A DNA stretch of 64,000 nucleotides from a virus. Lineage: Duplodnaviria > Caudoviricetes. This document shows, one piece after another, positions 51,811-62,181 of this stretch. The notes beneath the pieces are model-generated. The model did not search any database. It had not been told where the DNA came from and saw nothing but the letters and a program-made list of their open reading frames with translations. Location of the stretch: IMG/VR virus record IMGVR_UViG_3300049740_002155; one strand, written 5' to 3'. Both the position numbers and the translations under genes were made by a program. Within the stretch, counting starts at the first letter, position 1; each line of letters begins with the position of its first letter.

Positions 51811-51831
51811 TGCATATATAAATATATAGAA

Positions 51832-53067
51832 TTAGGATATATCAGGTAAGTCTAATTCAACTTCTACTGGAATATTTTCTATCTCCGGAATTATTAGTTC
51901 TTCATATTGCTTGAACACAGACTCTTTAGAAAACTTCTTTAGATTTGTTTTCTGCAATAGAACTGCCTGTTTTTTATGAGTATCATAATCATCAAATATT
52001 TTTTTCATAGAATTGGCAGAATCTGTTTCGTTTATATTTGCCCAAGTTGAATCTTCGCAAAATAAGTCGTTGCTTATTCCCACCTTTATTTGAGAGCAGT
52101 TTACTAACTCGGATTTGTCACTATCAAGAAAGTCTAAATGACCAGACCAGTTTGGTGCTATTACGGGACATCCACACAAAGTTGCTTCTAATATGGGTCT
52201 TCCAAATCCCTCACCCCGGGTGTGTGTTACGAATGCTTTTATTTTATCATGTGAGTATAAACTCTTTAATTCGGCTGCATTTAATTCACCATGTAAAAGA
52301 TAAACATTGGGACGTGCTTCTGGAGTAAAGTTATCAAGTTGTTCTTTGATTTTATCCTGAATATCATAATAGTCAGATGTACTGAAGTTTGTTCCGTTAG
52401 TTTTTAGAACTAGTGCAGGTCGTTTATCGTATGATGCAAATGCAGTTCCGAATGATTTTATTAAAGATGATATATTCTTTCTACCACCATCGTCTGTTGG
52501 TGATGATGTCCATTGTCCCACAAATAAAAAACAAAAGTCTTCGTTTATTTCGTCAAGTTCCTTTACGGGTACATCTGTGGTTGTTTCATAAAAAGAACCA
52601 ACTGCGTATTCAGGTACTACATCTATGTTGGTTTCTAGCTTTATATTCTCTTTTTCGTATATAGAGTTCTCGAATGACTCTTTTGTAAATGTAGATGGAA
52701 CTATCACTTTGTCCATTTGGTTACATCCACGAATGAACGGCAAGTTTACTTTTGATGTTTCAACTCCGGCAGTTATTCCAATGTTATATGTACCCAATCG
52801 TTTGAATTCTGGCGGGAGACCTAATTGAATATATACATCATAAAAGTCATATACATCTTTTGAGTCAACAAACATATTTTTAAGTTTGTCGTTTAATTCT
52901 TCGTTTGCTTGTAAACCAGTCTGTGGATTGTGACCCCACGGAGTTCCAATCATGTGTATTTCGTAATCATCTGCGTAGTTGGTTAAAAACTCGGCAAACT
53001 CTCTCGCATGATCACCGTACCCACTTCGTGATAAAATTGGAGAGACATATAATAATTTTTTTTTCAT
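51832..53067 (-). CDS. GT4 (GT-B) glycosyltransferase
   Basis: RSGYG, FLFVGQW, RKN, TRGEGFGRPILEA (EX7E). Confidence 0.88.
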   Translation of the reverse strand: MKKKLLYVSPILSRSGYGDHAREFAEFLTNYADDYEIHMIGTPWGHNPQTGLQANEELNDKLKNMFVDSKDVYDFYDVYIQLGLPPEFKRLGTYNIGITAGVETSKVNLPFIRGCNQMDKVIVPSTFTKESFENSIYEKENIKLETNIDVVPEYAVGSFYETTTDVPVKELDEINEDFCFLFVGQWTSSPTDDGGRKNISSLIKSFGTAFASYDKRPALVLKTNGTNFSTSDYYDIQDKIKEQLDNFTPEARPNVYLLHGELNAAELKSLYSHDKIKAFVTHTRGEGFGRPILEATLCGCPVIAPNWSGHLDFLDSDKSELVNCSQIKVGISNDLFCEDSTWANINETDSANSMKKIFDDYDTHKKQAVLLQKTNLKKFSKESVFKQYEELIIPEIENIPVEVELDLPDIS

Positions 53068-53068
53068 T

Positions 53069-54328
53069 TTATATTTTCTTTAATTTAATTTTATTCACTG
53101 GTTTAAATTTTTTGATTGTAGATTTGAGTATATTTGCAATTCCATTTGTCATTCGTTCCATCGGAAATGTTTTCTCAACAAACTCTCTTCCACGTTTACC
53201 CATACCCAAACGATCCATTTTATTCAACGAATAAATTGATATAAGTGCTTTAGCAACATCGTCTGATGATATAAAGTCTTCATAAATAAACGGAGTTGAT
53301 TCGTCACCCGACAACTTTCTAACACTTGGTTCAATGTGAATTCCCCAATCATTGTTTTTTACAATTTGTGATGAAAGTCCACCTGTATTTGTACAAATTA
53401 TTGGTGTTCCGGCTGCAAGTGACTCAAGTGTCGTTAATCCAAAACCTTCGTTACTGGCCGTATTTACAGTTACATCAAATGTATTGTACATTCTATTTAA
53501 TATAGTTTCTTCAACCTTTGCATTAGAAAACAGTATATTTCTATTGGGGTACAATTGCTCTGAGAGTTTTACTATATCGTGATTTCCTTCACCTACTCTG
53601 TTTGTATGAATCATTAAAACTGTTTTGTCTGCCTGATTCGGTTTAAGTAGACTGCAAAACTTATCATACGACTCCATCAATAAAGGTAGTTGCTTTCGTC
53701 TCATATTTGCGTTATTGCAGAATATTGCAAACTCACAACCTTCACTTAATAAATTATATTTACTTTCGGCTATGTGCTTTTCCGAAAGTTTATTAAATAC
53801 ATCAAGGGCAACTCCATGTGGAACATATTCACATATAATTTTGTTGGTATCAATTAATTCTGATATGAGGTTGTAAGTTAATTCACTTATACAAGCAATT
53901 CCATCGCAACTATCATAGTATTTTTTATTAAATATTGGTAGTGGATCGTTGTCCCATACATGATAATAAATCATGGGACATATTTGACGAACTTGATTGT
54001 CTAACGCAAACAACCACTTATAATACCTCGGATCGGTCATAAATAATATTGCATCAGGTTTTTCGTTTTCTAGTATTTTAAATAGCAACTCTTCATTGCC
54101 ATAACCAGATGTGCAATATAATCTAACATACACATCGTTAATGTTGCAAAGTTTTTCTATTGACTGCGATACATCAATTATACTTCCCGACTCTGGATGT
54201 TTTTTTCTGGCTGCAATTTGAATCCAATCAAACTCTTCTGCGTTATTTAGTATAATGTTTTTACAAACATTCGCAACACCAGACGGATACCTTATGTCAT
54301 CCCCTATAAGTAATATTTTAGACTTCAC
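53069..54328 (-). CDS. GT4 (GT-B) glycosyltransferase
   Basis: SGVA, YVPHGV, NMRRKQ, SNEGFGLTTLESLAAGTPII (EX7E); GTG start. Confidence 0.9.
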   Translation of the reverse strand: MKSKILLIGDDIRYPSGVANVCKNIILNNAEEFDWIQIAARKKHPESGSIIDVSQSIEKLCNINDVYVRLYCTSGYGNEELLFKILENEKPDAILFMTDPRYYKWLFALDNQVRQICPMIYYHVWDNDPLPIFNKKYYDSCDGIACISELTYNLISELIDTNKIICEYVPHGVALDVFNKLSEKHIAESKYNLLSEGCEFAIFCNNANMRRKQLPLLMESYDKFCSLLKPNQADKTVLMIHTNRVGEGNHDIVKLSEQLYPNRNILFSNAKVEETILNRMYNTFDVTVNTASNEGFGLTTLESLAAGTPIICTNTGGLSSQIVKNNDWGIHIEPSVRKLSGDESTPFIYEDFISSDDVAKALISIYSLNKMDRLGMGKRGREFVEKTFPMERMTNGIANILKSTIKKFKPVNKIKLKKI

Positions 54329-54363
54329 CCATCTACTATTACTTTTTTTTATTAAAATGTCAA

Positions 54364-54561
54364 CTAATATTTTTTATTATCAGTAATTGGTGTAGCTGCG
54401 TCAATAGTCTTTTTAAATTCAGAATCAGTCAGATACAAATGAATTGCTCTATTTACGAGTTTTTGCAGAGTCATATCTGAATTCAAAGTCTCCATTTTAA
54501 ATTCTTTGTATTTGTCCGAAAGGACTTTTACAGTTGTAAGTTTGTAATTTGCATCATTCAT
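54364..54561 (-). CDS. ribbon-helix-helix DNA-binding protein (putative)
   Basis: LTTVKV strand followed by two helices (DKYKEFKM; TLQKLVNRAIHLY). Confidence 0.65.
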   Translation of the reverse strand: MNDANYKLTTVKVLSDKYKEFKMETLNSDMTLQKLVNRAIHLYLTDSEFKKTIDAATPITDNKKY

Positions 54562-54618
54562 TTGAATATAAATATATCGTAAAAAAGTTTTAATACTAAA
54601 AAAATTATAAAAACTATT

Positions 54619-55317
54619 TTACCACTTGGGGGGATTGAGTGGGCAACGACTACTTGACAATAGCAATTTTCCACTACCACAACCACACTTTGTACACTTA
54701 GCATGATTGGATGCTTGATTTTCTACCCAATATGAACAAGACCTACACGTATTAATTCTGTTATTCCATTCAGATGCATTCACAACAGGACGACCTGTTT
54801 TTCTCCATGACATCAATGAATGTGCGAGATTCTTGGGTAAATTCTTGAATCCAAGTTTCTCTGCTTCTTGTTCATAACTTTCTTTAAACGGTAGTTCACT
54901 TTCATTGTGATTGGTTACAGATTGTGAAATCTGACGATTAGGTTCATTTGGTACTTCTGTCTGAGTTTGCTTTGTGAGTGAATCATAGTTTTGTTCATCT
55001 ATATAAGACTTTAAATGGTCTTTAAACTCCGTTGGTACATTAAAACGTGGATCATCTAAATCACCCAACGGAGTCTCTTGACTTGATAATTGTTCATCTA
55101 TACTCGGTGGATTGTGTGCATCAACCTTATCCTTATCAAGTAGATTATGTGAATCTCGTTTTGCGACAGATTCTAATTGCAGTTGATTATCTTGGCCAAT
55201 ACTTGGTGCAACATCTTCAATATCATCTGATGTTTTTTCTACTTCTACATACTCTGCCTTTTCAAAGTCTGAGACTTGACGACCGTTACGTTTGTACCTT
55301 TGATATAACTTTCCCAT
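54619..55317 (-). CDS. hypothetical protein with C-terminal Cys-rich metal-binding domain
   Basis: RINTCRSC...CTKCGC...CPLNPPKW. Confidence 0.7.
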   Translation of the reverse strand: MGKLYQRYKRNGRQVSDFEKAEYVEVEKTSDDIEDVAPSIGQDNQLQLESVAKRDSHNLLDKDKVDAHNPPSIDEQLSSQETPLGDLDDPRFNVPTEFKDHLKSYIDEQNYDSLTKQTQTEVPNEPNRQISQSVTNHNESELPFKESYEQEAEKLGFKNLPKNLAHSLMSWRKTGRPVVNASEWNNRINTCRSCSYWVENQASNHAKCTKCGCGSGKLLLSSSRCPLNPPKW

Positions 55318-55364
55318 AATTTATGTTCCAAAAATAATTTTTACCTTAAATACTTATATAGTAC

Positions 55365-55667
55365 ATGGATTCAAATATAATTAAAATTCCAAGCACAAAT
55401 AGTGAACTTGATGCTGACTTGTCTAAGAATAAAGAAAAATATATGGACTTCATTTATGAAAAATTTATAGAGATTTTAAAAATAAATGATATTCCAACAC
55501 AAGTCAAGATTTTTAACTTTGAAAAAACCGACCTACAAGTCATTGTTAAATATCCTAATTACATATCTAACATTGACAATCTCTTAAACTATTATATAAA
55601 CAAGGAGGAATATGAAAAATGTAATAAGCTAGCTAAATTAAAAAATAGAATAGTGGATACTAATTAG
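55365..55667 (+). CDS. hypothetical protein (100 aa)
   Basis: C-terminal YYINKEEYEKCNKL (UVR-like helix pair). Confidence 0.7.
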   Translation: MDSNIIKIPSTNSELDADLSKNKEKYMDFIYEKFIEILKINDIPTQVKIFNFEKTDLQVIVKYPNYISNIDNLLNYYINKEEYEKCNKLAKLKNRIVDTN

Positions 55668-55714
55668 TAGTAGTAGTATATAGCATTATAAACAATTTAA
55701 CAGGGGGAAATACG

Positions 55715-56458
55715 ATGTCAAGCAAAAAGAACGAATCAAGTTCAAATGGATATAAATCGGACTCACAACTCCAAGAAAAAATCAGAAACAACGAGAAACC
55801 AAGAACATTAAAAATCAAACACAAAAAATTTACTGACAAGCAGAAAAATTTTGTAGAAATTGGTTTGGCAGAAAATACAAATTTAATGTTCATAAACGGG
55901 CCAGCCGGTAGTGCCAAGACATATATTAGCATTTATTGTGGTCTTAAATTATTATCAGAACAAAAAGTAGAAGAACTTGTCTATATAAGAAACGCAGTAG
56001 AAAGTTCTGATCACAAATTAGGTTTTTTACCAGGTGCACAGGATGATAAAATGGCTCCTTACCTCGAACCTCTTAAAGATAAATTAGAAGAATTTCTTAG
56101 TATAGTTGACATAAAGTATTTACAGGAAGAACAACGTATATACGGAGTACCTGTTGGATTTTTGCGTGGAGCAAGTTGGATTGACAAATTTGTTGTTGTA
56201 GACGAGGCACAAAACATGACAGAAAAAGAACTTATCACTATAATGACACGGGTCGGTGAAAATACACGGGTATTTATATGTGGTGACACCATGCAAAGTG
56301 ACATCGGAAATAAATCTGGTTTTGCTAATATACAGAATTTATTTAATGACCAAGCATCGAAAGAGCAGGGAATTCACACTTTTGAGTTTGACGAAAACGA
56401 TATTATACGCAGTGAACTCGTTAAATTCATAGTTAGAAAGATAAAAAGTTTAAGATAA
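55715..56458 (+). CDS. phoH: PhoH-like ATPase
   Basis: GPAGSAKT (variant Walker A), LGFLPG..DDKMAPY, FLRGAS, VVDEAQN, TRVGEN, GDTMQSD. Confidence 0.93.
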   Translation: MSSKKNESSSNGYKSDSQLQEKIRNNEKPRTLKIKHKKFTDKQKNFVEIGLAENTNLMFINGPAGSAKTYISIYCGLKLLSEQKVEELVYIRNAVESSDHKLGFLPGAQDDKMAPYLEPLKDKLEEFLSIVDIKYLQEEQRIYGVPVGFLRGASWIDKFVVVDEAQNMTEKELITIMTRVGENTRVFICGDTMQSDIGNKSGFANIQNLFNDQASKEQGIHTFEFDENDIIRSELVKFIVRKIKSLR

Positions 56459-56522
56459 GTCATATTTATTGAAATATAAAAAATATATGTATATTTATTT
56501 ATAGACAACGATTTCTTGAAAA

Positions 56523-58262
56523 ATGGCCAACCAAAAGATAACAGATTTAAACAAGCACGACAAACTAAGTGGTGATGACTTATTTATTGTAGTTGATAAA
56601 GACGAATACGGAACATCACCAACAGGTGAAACAAAATCTATAAATGCAAAGACCTTAGCCGAGCAACTTGCGGAAATAAAACACTCAGATGTTGGAATTA
56701 GATTTAGTGAACTATCAGATGTACCAAATGAGTATACTGAAAGTGCAGGTTCTTTTGTAAAAATAAATGATAGTGGAGATGGGGTATCATTTACAGAGTC
56801 ACCTGGTCACTCTGAAATAACAATTAATTTTGAAGAGTTATTTCAAAATATAGAAAGCAATCAGATAATTCTATATAGAGTTGGTGATGTTTTAATGAGA
56901 GACCCCTCCACAAATACATTCAAACACGCATCATCTGACAATCCAGACTCTTCTGAAGTAGTGGGTATTATCAGAAAGATTAAAAAAGATATAGACGGTG
57001 AAGTGTTAAGTGTCAATATTGCATTTGGTGGTCATGTTACATTTGAAGAACCTGTTCATGTTGAGAAAAGTCAAATTGATGCAACGAAGGCAGTAGCAAC
57101 CGAATCTGTTTTAGTCGGTGGTAAAACCTATTTCTTAGGAAGAATAGGTAAACTTGCAGACTACGATCCATCTATCCAGGTAAACGATAGTGATCCACAC
57201 GTTTCTAAACCTTTGTTAATAGCAACAGGTCCTCAATCGGGTGTATTTGTAAACTATCGTGGATTGCTTTCGGAGAAGACAGACGAACCACATAAGTTTG
57301 TAATTGAATATAGTGCAAGTTGTTCCAAAATAAAAGTTGGGGATATAGTACGAGTTCGTAGAAGAATAAAACGAAATGTGAATGGAGGTTTTGGTAGTGC
57401 AATTGAAAGTGGTGACAATGCGTTTGAGGGTTTGCCTGAAAACATTAGACCTGCGTTTTTAGATTTTGAAAGTGGGGAATCTCCTTATGTTTTGGCAAAT
57501 TCTGCGTCACAACAAGCAGAATTGGAATCTGAAGATGCGTATGCTTGTGATTTTGTCGGAATTGTAACCATTGCATCATCAGACTATTTTCAAGTTCAAA
57601 CAAGTGGAATGATTACGTTTGAAATGCCAAGCACAATTGTTTCGGATGATTCGTCAGTCATTGAGAAATCAAATGCGATATTTAAAAGAGGATACACATA
57701 TTATTTAGAATCATTTGATGTAAATTCCGACCAAAATACTAATATATACACAAAGAGACTGCGTAGAACAATTTATGATTACAATATAGAAGAAATAAAC
57801 GACTTCTACGGAAATAACATAGTAGACTCAAACATAGAGGACGTGGTTACTGGAGTTTCACCTTTTAGAAATACAACCATTGATAATCCTTTTAAAAGAG
57901 ATCCTGAAACACAAAAAGTAACTGCATATTGCAAACCAGTTTTTTATGCAGTTTCCGAAAATCAAATCCTTTTATTAAATCACCCTGTTTACCCACAACC
58001 ATTTGATGCGTGTAACGCAATAAACCCAACAGTAAACCAACCATGTCGTGAATTGCAGACCACTAAAAGTTTCGTAGTAAACCAAAACACAACAGATGTA
58101 AATGAGTATTTAAACGAACGATGGAAAGATGCAAATAAAGGTGACCTGGCAGAGATGAGTCGCATTGACTTTAGTTCTAATGAAATAATAAATGAAGTGT
58201 GGAGAAAACTTGAAGAAGGAAACGTTGGTGGTATGTGGCAAATGATAGAAGGAGAAGAATAA
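56523..58262 (+). CDS. putative virion structural (tail/decoration) protein with two copies of a beta-rich module
   Basis: N-terminal NQKITDL; modules VGDV...EVVGII...KTYFL...SKPLLIA and VGDIV...FVGIV...YTYYL...KPVFYA. Confidence 0.65.
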   Translation: MANQKITDLNKHDKLSGDDLFIVVDKDEYGTSPTGETKSINAKTLAEQLAEIKHSDVGIRFSELSDVPNEYTESAGSFVKINDSGDGVSFTESPGHSEITINFEELFQNIESNQIILYRVGDVLMRDPSTNTFKHASSDNPDSSEVVGIIRKIKKDIDGEVLSVNIAFGGHVTFEEPVHVEKSQIDATKAVATESVLVGGKTYFLGRIGKLADYDPSIQVNDSDPHVSKPLLIATGPQSGVFVNYRGLLSEKTDEPHKFVIEYSASCSKIKVGDIVRVRRRIKRNVNGGFGSAIESGDNAFEGLPENIRPAFLDFESGESPYVLANSASQQAELESEDAYACDFVGIVTIASSDYFQVQTSGMITFEMPSTIVSDDSSVIEKSNAIFKRGYTYYLESFDVNSDQNTNIYTKRLRRTIYDYNIEEINDFYGNNIVDSNIEDVVTGVSPFRNTTIDNPFKRDPETQKVTAYCKPVFYAVSENQILLLNHPVYPQPFDACNAINPTVNQPCRELQTTKSFVVNQNTTDVNEYLNERWKDANKGDLAEMSRIDFSSNEIINEVWRKLEEGNVGGMWQMIEGEE

Positions 58263-58612
58263 TGGGATCGTTATACGACATAGGAAATTTTAGATATAAG
58301 CATTTTACATTTTATTCACCATGTGAAGGTCAAGTTGATTGTTTTCCGTTTGAGAACCAATCTGCACTAATTGATACTGAAATAAAAAACTTTTTAAATA
58401 AAGTGTGGCCATATCGTGGAGTTTTAATAGGAGATTCTTCAGAAGGAGATTATGCGTTTGTTACTTACATACACAAAGAAGTTGACTCACAACAAAATCC
58501 AACTCAGATTGTAGATAATATATACACATATACTCGCATACAACTTGGAAGTGGTGAACCACAATGGGTACAAGCAACAACTCCAAAAAAGACATTAGAA
58601 AGAACATCATAG
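58262..58612 (+). CDS. hypothetical protein (116 aa), probably structural
   Basis: TAATG coupling to the upstream gene. Confidence 0.7.
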   Translation: MGSLYDIGNFRYKHFTFYSPCEGQVDCFPFENQSALIDTEIKNFLNKVWPYRGVLIGDSSEGDYAFVTYIHKEVDSQQNPTQIVDNIYTYTRIQLGSGEPQWVQATTPKKTLERTS

Positions 58613-58616
58613 AAAA

Positions 58617-60788
58617 ATGGCTACACTACAACACAGATCAGCATTTAATTTAAGAGGAAGTCTTCCATTGGGAGGAAGTGCAGTTCAGTCAACAGACTCT
58701 GGATGTGACGCAGAAGTTTTGGAAAACATACACGAACAAGTTCGTAAGGCTGCAAACGACTACACATGGGAAGCAAATCGCATAGCAATAAAAGCAAAAC
58801 TAAAATATACCTGCCCAAAAGTAGGAGATGCTGTAAGATGGGACCCGTCTATAAACGGATATAACTTATCATATGCTATGTTTGACACAAACAATCCGTT
58901 TGACCAAGAACATCTAGTTGAAGTGGTTGGTGTTGTTGAATCAGTCACAACAGACTGTACAGGTGACGGAGTTGACTTTACCGATGATGAAACAGAAACA
59001 AATGCGGTAATTGTATTAAGTGGTCAGATTTCGTTTGACTCTCTTCCAAATGAGTCGGCATTAAGTCCGGGTGTAGTTTATTATTTATGGGATAAAGGAA
59101 ATCCTCAAAATCTTGCACTTGGAAACAATGTGGTCAATGACACAAACGAACCGGTAATAAGTAAACCTTTATTTTTATCAACGGGAACTCACTCTGCGGT
59201 TGTTCTAACATATAGACCTCTCACAGGTTCACCAACTGGTGGAAAACCCCGTTCCGAGACATATGACATTGAAGTTAAGAACATTCCAAGTGGTTGGAGA
59301 GTTCGTGTAAAAAATACATCAGTTGTTTCGTCAAAGCACCCACTTGTAGTACAATTGGATTATGATAGAGCAATCGGTCCACGTGATAATCTTAACGGAA
59401 ACGAAGTTTACTCTATGTTTAAGCACATTGGAATCTTACATGATCAAGTTGTAGCAAGTACAACGGTTGATGAAAATGGCATGACAACATTATTAAACGA
59501 AATCACATTTGATGTAGATATTAATTCGGAGTTTGGTATAAGTGGTGGAATTGCAGGTAATGCAGAAAATGGAGTAAACGGAGTTGGTCGTTTAACGGTT
59601 TCTTTGAAATCTAACACAACAGGATCAATGAGCACAAGTGCGTTGGCATCACTCATATCAATGCAGACTACACCGAGATATATTCGCAAACCATCTGTTA
59701 AAATTTCAACAAAGTGTAACGATACAAATGCACTCGGCAACATCACAACAAACGATCCAGACATCCGTGACTTAAAAGTCACACCTGACGGAACAACTCA
59801 AAATGATATTCAAGAGGGAATTGTTTATGAAATTGAACTTCTTGAGGCAGGTGGGAATTGGGTATACAACGGTGATGAAAATGCAAAGAATTATATTGAA
59901 ATGTCAGAACCACTTCACTTTGAAATTAGTAGTTCTGCACTAGAAAAACCGATTAGAAGTTCAATTGAACTGCACCATCCAGATAAAACAAACGGAAACG
60001 GTGCGGCGGTAGAAATAATACCAGTTAATGATTCTGGAAAGGGAGTAACCAAAAGTAAAGTTTTCCTCAAGTTTATAAATGCAGACGGAACGGACTTACA
60101 CAAAAACCATTGGGCATATTCACTCGGAGTTGCGGGTCGTTCGTGTGACGATAAGATATGTTGCGATACTACCACACATATGAATATTGATGTAGAACGC
60201 ATTGGTCTTACCAATCCAGATGCTCCATTGAGTGACCTACTTGAAACCGATGATTCATACATGAACAACGTTGGTGGTGCGAGACTATACACACTCGACC
60301 CTGATAAAATACCTGCACTTACAAACTTTGCATCACCGAACACTCTCATTGCATCTTTCAAGAACACAAGAGAAGGAACGGTATTGTGCTACTCAGCAGA
60401 TATTCAGTCCGGAAGTGAACCAAGGTTTATGGCAATTTACTTTAATGACGCAAAACGCACACCTTCACTTGACAGAACATCAAAGGCATATGACCCAAGA
60501 TATGTTTGCATTGAAATTGGAGGTCAGGAAACATTACAAGACCAAGTGATGACCCTCACATTAAAACGTGATACGGACGATCAAGTATGTGTAGAATTTA
60601 TTTTCGATGGTAGTGCTACTGGAAATCACTATACATTTGAAGAACTTTATGCTGAAGGAAAAATTAAGAGTTGGGGAAGCAAACTTGACAAACACAATTA
60701 TTTTGGAGACACAGCTGTAAACGTTTCCACGGACGGTTCGTTCGGAAACGAGGACACAACCGCTGGTTCGGAGACAGATGAATACTAA
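58617..60788 (+). CDS. putative virion structural protein with a third copy of the module
   Basis: KVGDAV...EVVGVV...LSGQI...GVVYYL...ISKPLFLSTG; beta-rich remainder. Confidence 0.65.
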   Translation: MATLQHRSAFNLRGSLPLGGSAVQSTDSGCDAEVLENIHEQVRKAANDYTWEANRIAIKAKLKYTCPKVGDAVRWDPSINGYNLSYAMFDTNNPFDQEHLVEVVGVVESVTTDCTGDGVDFTDDETETNAVIVLSGQISFDSLPNESALSPGVVYYLWDKGNPQNLALGNNVVNDTNEPVISKPLFLSTGTHSAVVLTYRPLTGSPTGGKPRSETYDIEVKNIPSGWRVRVKNTSVVSSKHPLVVQLDYDRAIGPRDNLNGNEVYSMFKHIGILHDQVVASTTVDENGMTTLLNEITFDVDINSEFGISGGIAGNAENGVNGVGRLTVSLKSNTTGSMSTSALASLISMQTTPRYIRKPSVKISTKCNDTNALGNITTNDPDIRDLKVTPDGTTQNDIQEGIVYEIELLEAGGNWVYNGDENAKNYIEMSEPLHFEISSSALEKPIRSSIELHHPDKTNGNGAAVEIIPVNDSGKGVTKSKVFLKFINADGTDLHKNHWAYSLGVAGRSCDDKICCDTTTHMNIDVERIGLTNPDAPLSDLLETDDSYMNNVGGARLYTLDPDKIPALTNFASPNTLIASFKNTREGTVLCYSADIQSGSEPRFMAIYFNDAKRTPSLDRTSKAYDPRYVCIEIGGQETLQDQVMTLTLKRDTDDQVCVEFIFDGSATGNHYTFEELYAEGKIKSWGSKLDKHNYFGDTAVNVSTDGSFGNEDTTAGSETDEY

Positions 60789-62154
60789 TGAAGTAACAAT
60801 TGTAGTACCTGTCTATAAACTGGGACCTTTGCGTTTTAATAATTTTTGCTTTTTAATTCGCAAATTAAACGAAGTTGGGTGTTCTGTAGTTGTAGTAGAA
60901 CAAAACTCTGATAAAGCAGGAGCAGTTGAGCAAATATGTCTCGGTTACAACAATGTTAGTCATACAATAGCCTCGGTTGAGGGAAATGAAATCAACAAAT
61001 CAATTTTAATTAACACAGCATTTAAAAGAGTTTACACAGATTTTATGTGGATGGTTGATGGTGATTTCTATACTGACTTTTGTGAGGTTCTGTCCGGTGT
61101 GGACTCAAGTTCAGACTTTGTAGTTCCATTTAGTGATGTGTTGTTTTTAGATAAATCAGAAACAATTGACTTACAAACGCAAAATACAATATCACTTGAT
61201 ACAGAAAAAAAATATAAAACTAACAACCAAGAGGGAAAATTTTCGTTTATAGTAAGAAGTTCTACCTTTTCAAGTTGTGATGGTATGAACGAAAACTTTT
61301 TCGGGTGGGGATTTCAAGATTTAGATTTTGTAGAAAATCGTCTTACCGGTGAGGAAATTAAGTCAAGGGTTATGGTACAGGGGTATCATATGTTCCACCT
61401 CCCACAATCAAAAACAAACATAGATGTTAATAAAAAACTTTATTTAAATTACAAAGAAGTTAGCATTAAAAATGTTGTAAAACAAAAACTTAAAGAGTAT
61501 GTCGGTCATGCAAATTCACTTGACCAAAGAAAGACAGATTTTTACACAAAAAAACTAAAATTAAAACCAGGATCGCAGGCAAGTGAACCTAATAAGAAAA
61601 TAGTAAAAAAAGTAATTACAAAGTGGAAAAAACCAGAGTACGGAATTTTGTATTCTACAAACTCAAAAATATATTATCCTACAAACGATGTAATAACAAT
61701 TAGAGATTCTTCGTTGGTTGAATATAAGAACATAAACGGTCATTTTTCTAAACTAAATGCGAACAGACATTATTTGTATTATTATTTTGAATATATTTGT
61801 CATGTTTATGGAATGTTTAGTTCTGGTGATATTATTTTGTTTGCAAACGATGGATTTTGTAAAACAACCGAGCAGGTGAATAGTTTTTCAAATAAACTAA
61901 AACAAATAAAGCAAGGTGATGTGATAAATACACATAATGAAGAATTTATGTATTTATACAAAGAGCAAAATATAAAAGATGGAAATCTTATTAAAAAATA
62001 TTCACCACAGGGGTGCTTTTTAATAAAGTCTGACCTTATTTTAAAAAAGAAATTTGATTACTACTATAATATCTACACACAACTTGAAAAAGCATCAGCA
62101 GACGATTTGGTGAAAAAGTCCCAAAATCTTTCTAGTTTTTTCCTTGACTATTAA
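60778..62154 (+). CDS. GT-A glycosyltransferase-like protein (GT2/GT7-like N-terminal domain)
   Basis: TIVVPVY, NKSILIN, WMVDGD (DxD), GMNENFFGWGFQDLDF. Confidence 0.8.
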   Translation: MNTNEVTIVVPVYKLGPLRFNNFCFLIRKLNEVGCSVVVVEQNSDKAGAVEQICLGYNNVSHTIASVEGNEINKSILINTAFKRVYTDFMWMVDGDFYTDFCEVLSGVDSSSDFVVPFSDVLFLDKSETIDLQTQNTISLDTEKKYKTNNQEGKFSFIVRSSTFSSCDGMNENFFGWGFQDLDFVENRLTGEEIKSRVMVQGYHMFHLPQSKTNIDVNKKLYLNYKEVSIKNVVKQKLKEYVGHANSLDQRKTDFYTKKLKLKPGSQASEPNKKIVKKVITKWKKPEYGILYSTNSKIYYPTNDVITIRDSSLVEYKNINGHFSKLNANRHYLYYYFEYICHVYGMFSSGDIILFANDGFCKTTEQVNSFSNKLKQIKQGDVINTHNEEFMYLYKEQNIKDGNLIKKYSPQGCFLIKSDLILKKKFDYYYNIYTQLEKASADDLVKKSQNLSSFFLDY

Positions 62155-62172
62155 AAAAAGTCTTAGTAATAT
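62144..62172 (+). promoter_or_regulatory. sigma70-type promoter
   Basis: TTGACT-N17-TAATAT before ATG 62182. Confidence 0.6.
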
Positions 62173-62181
62173 AGATTCTGT

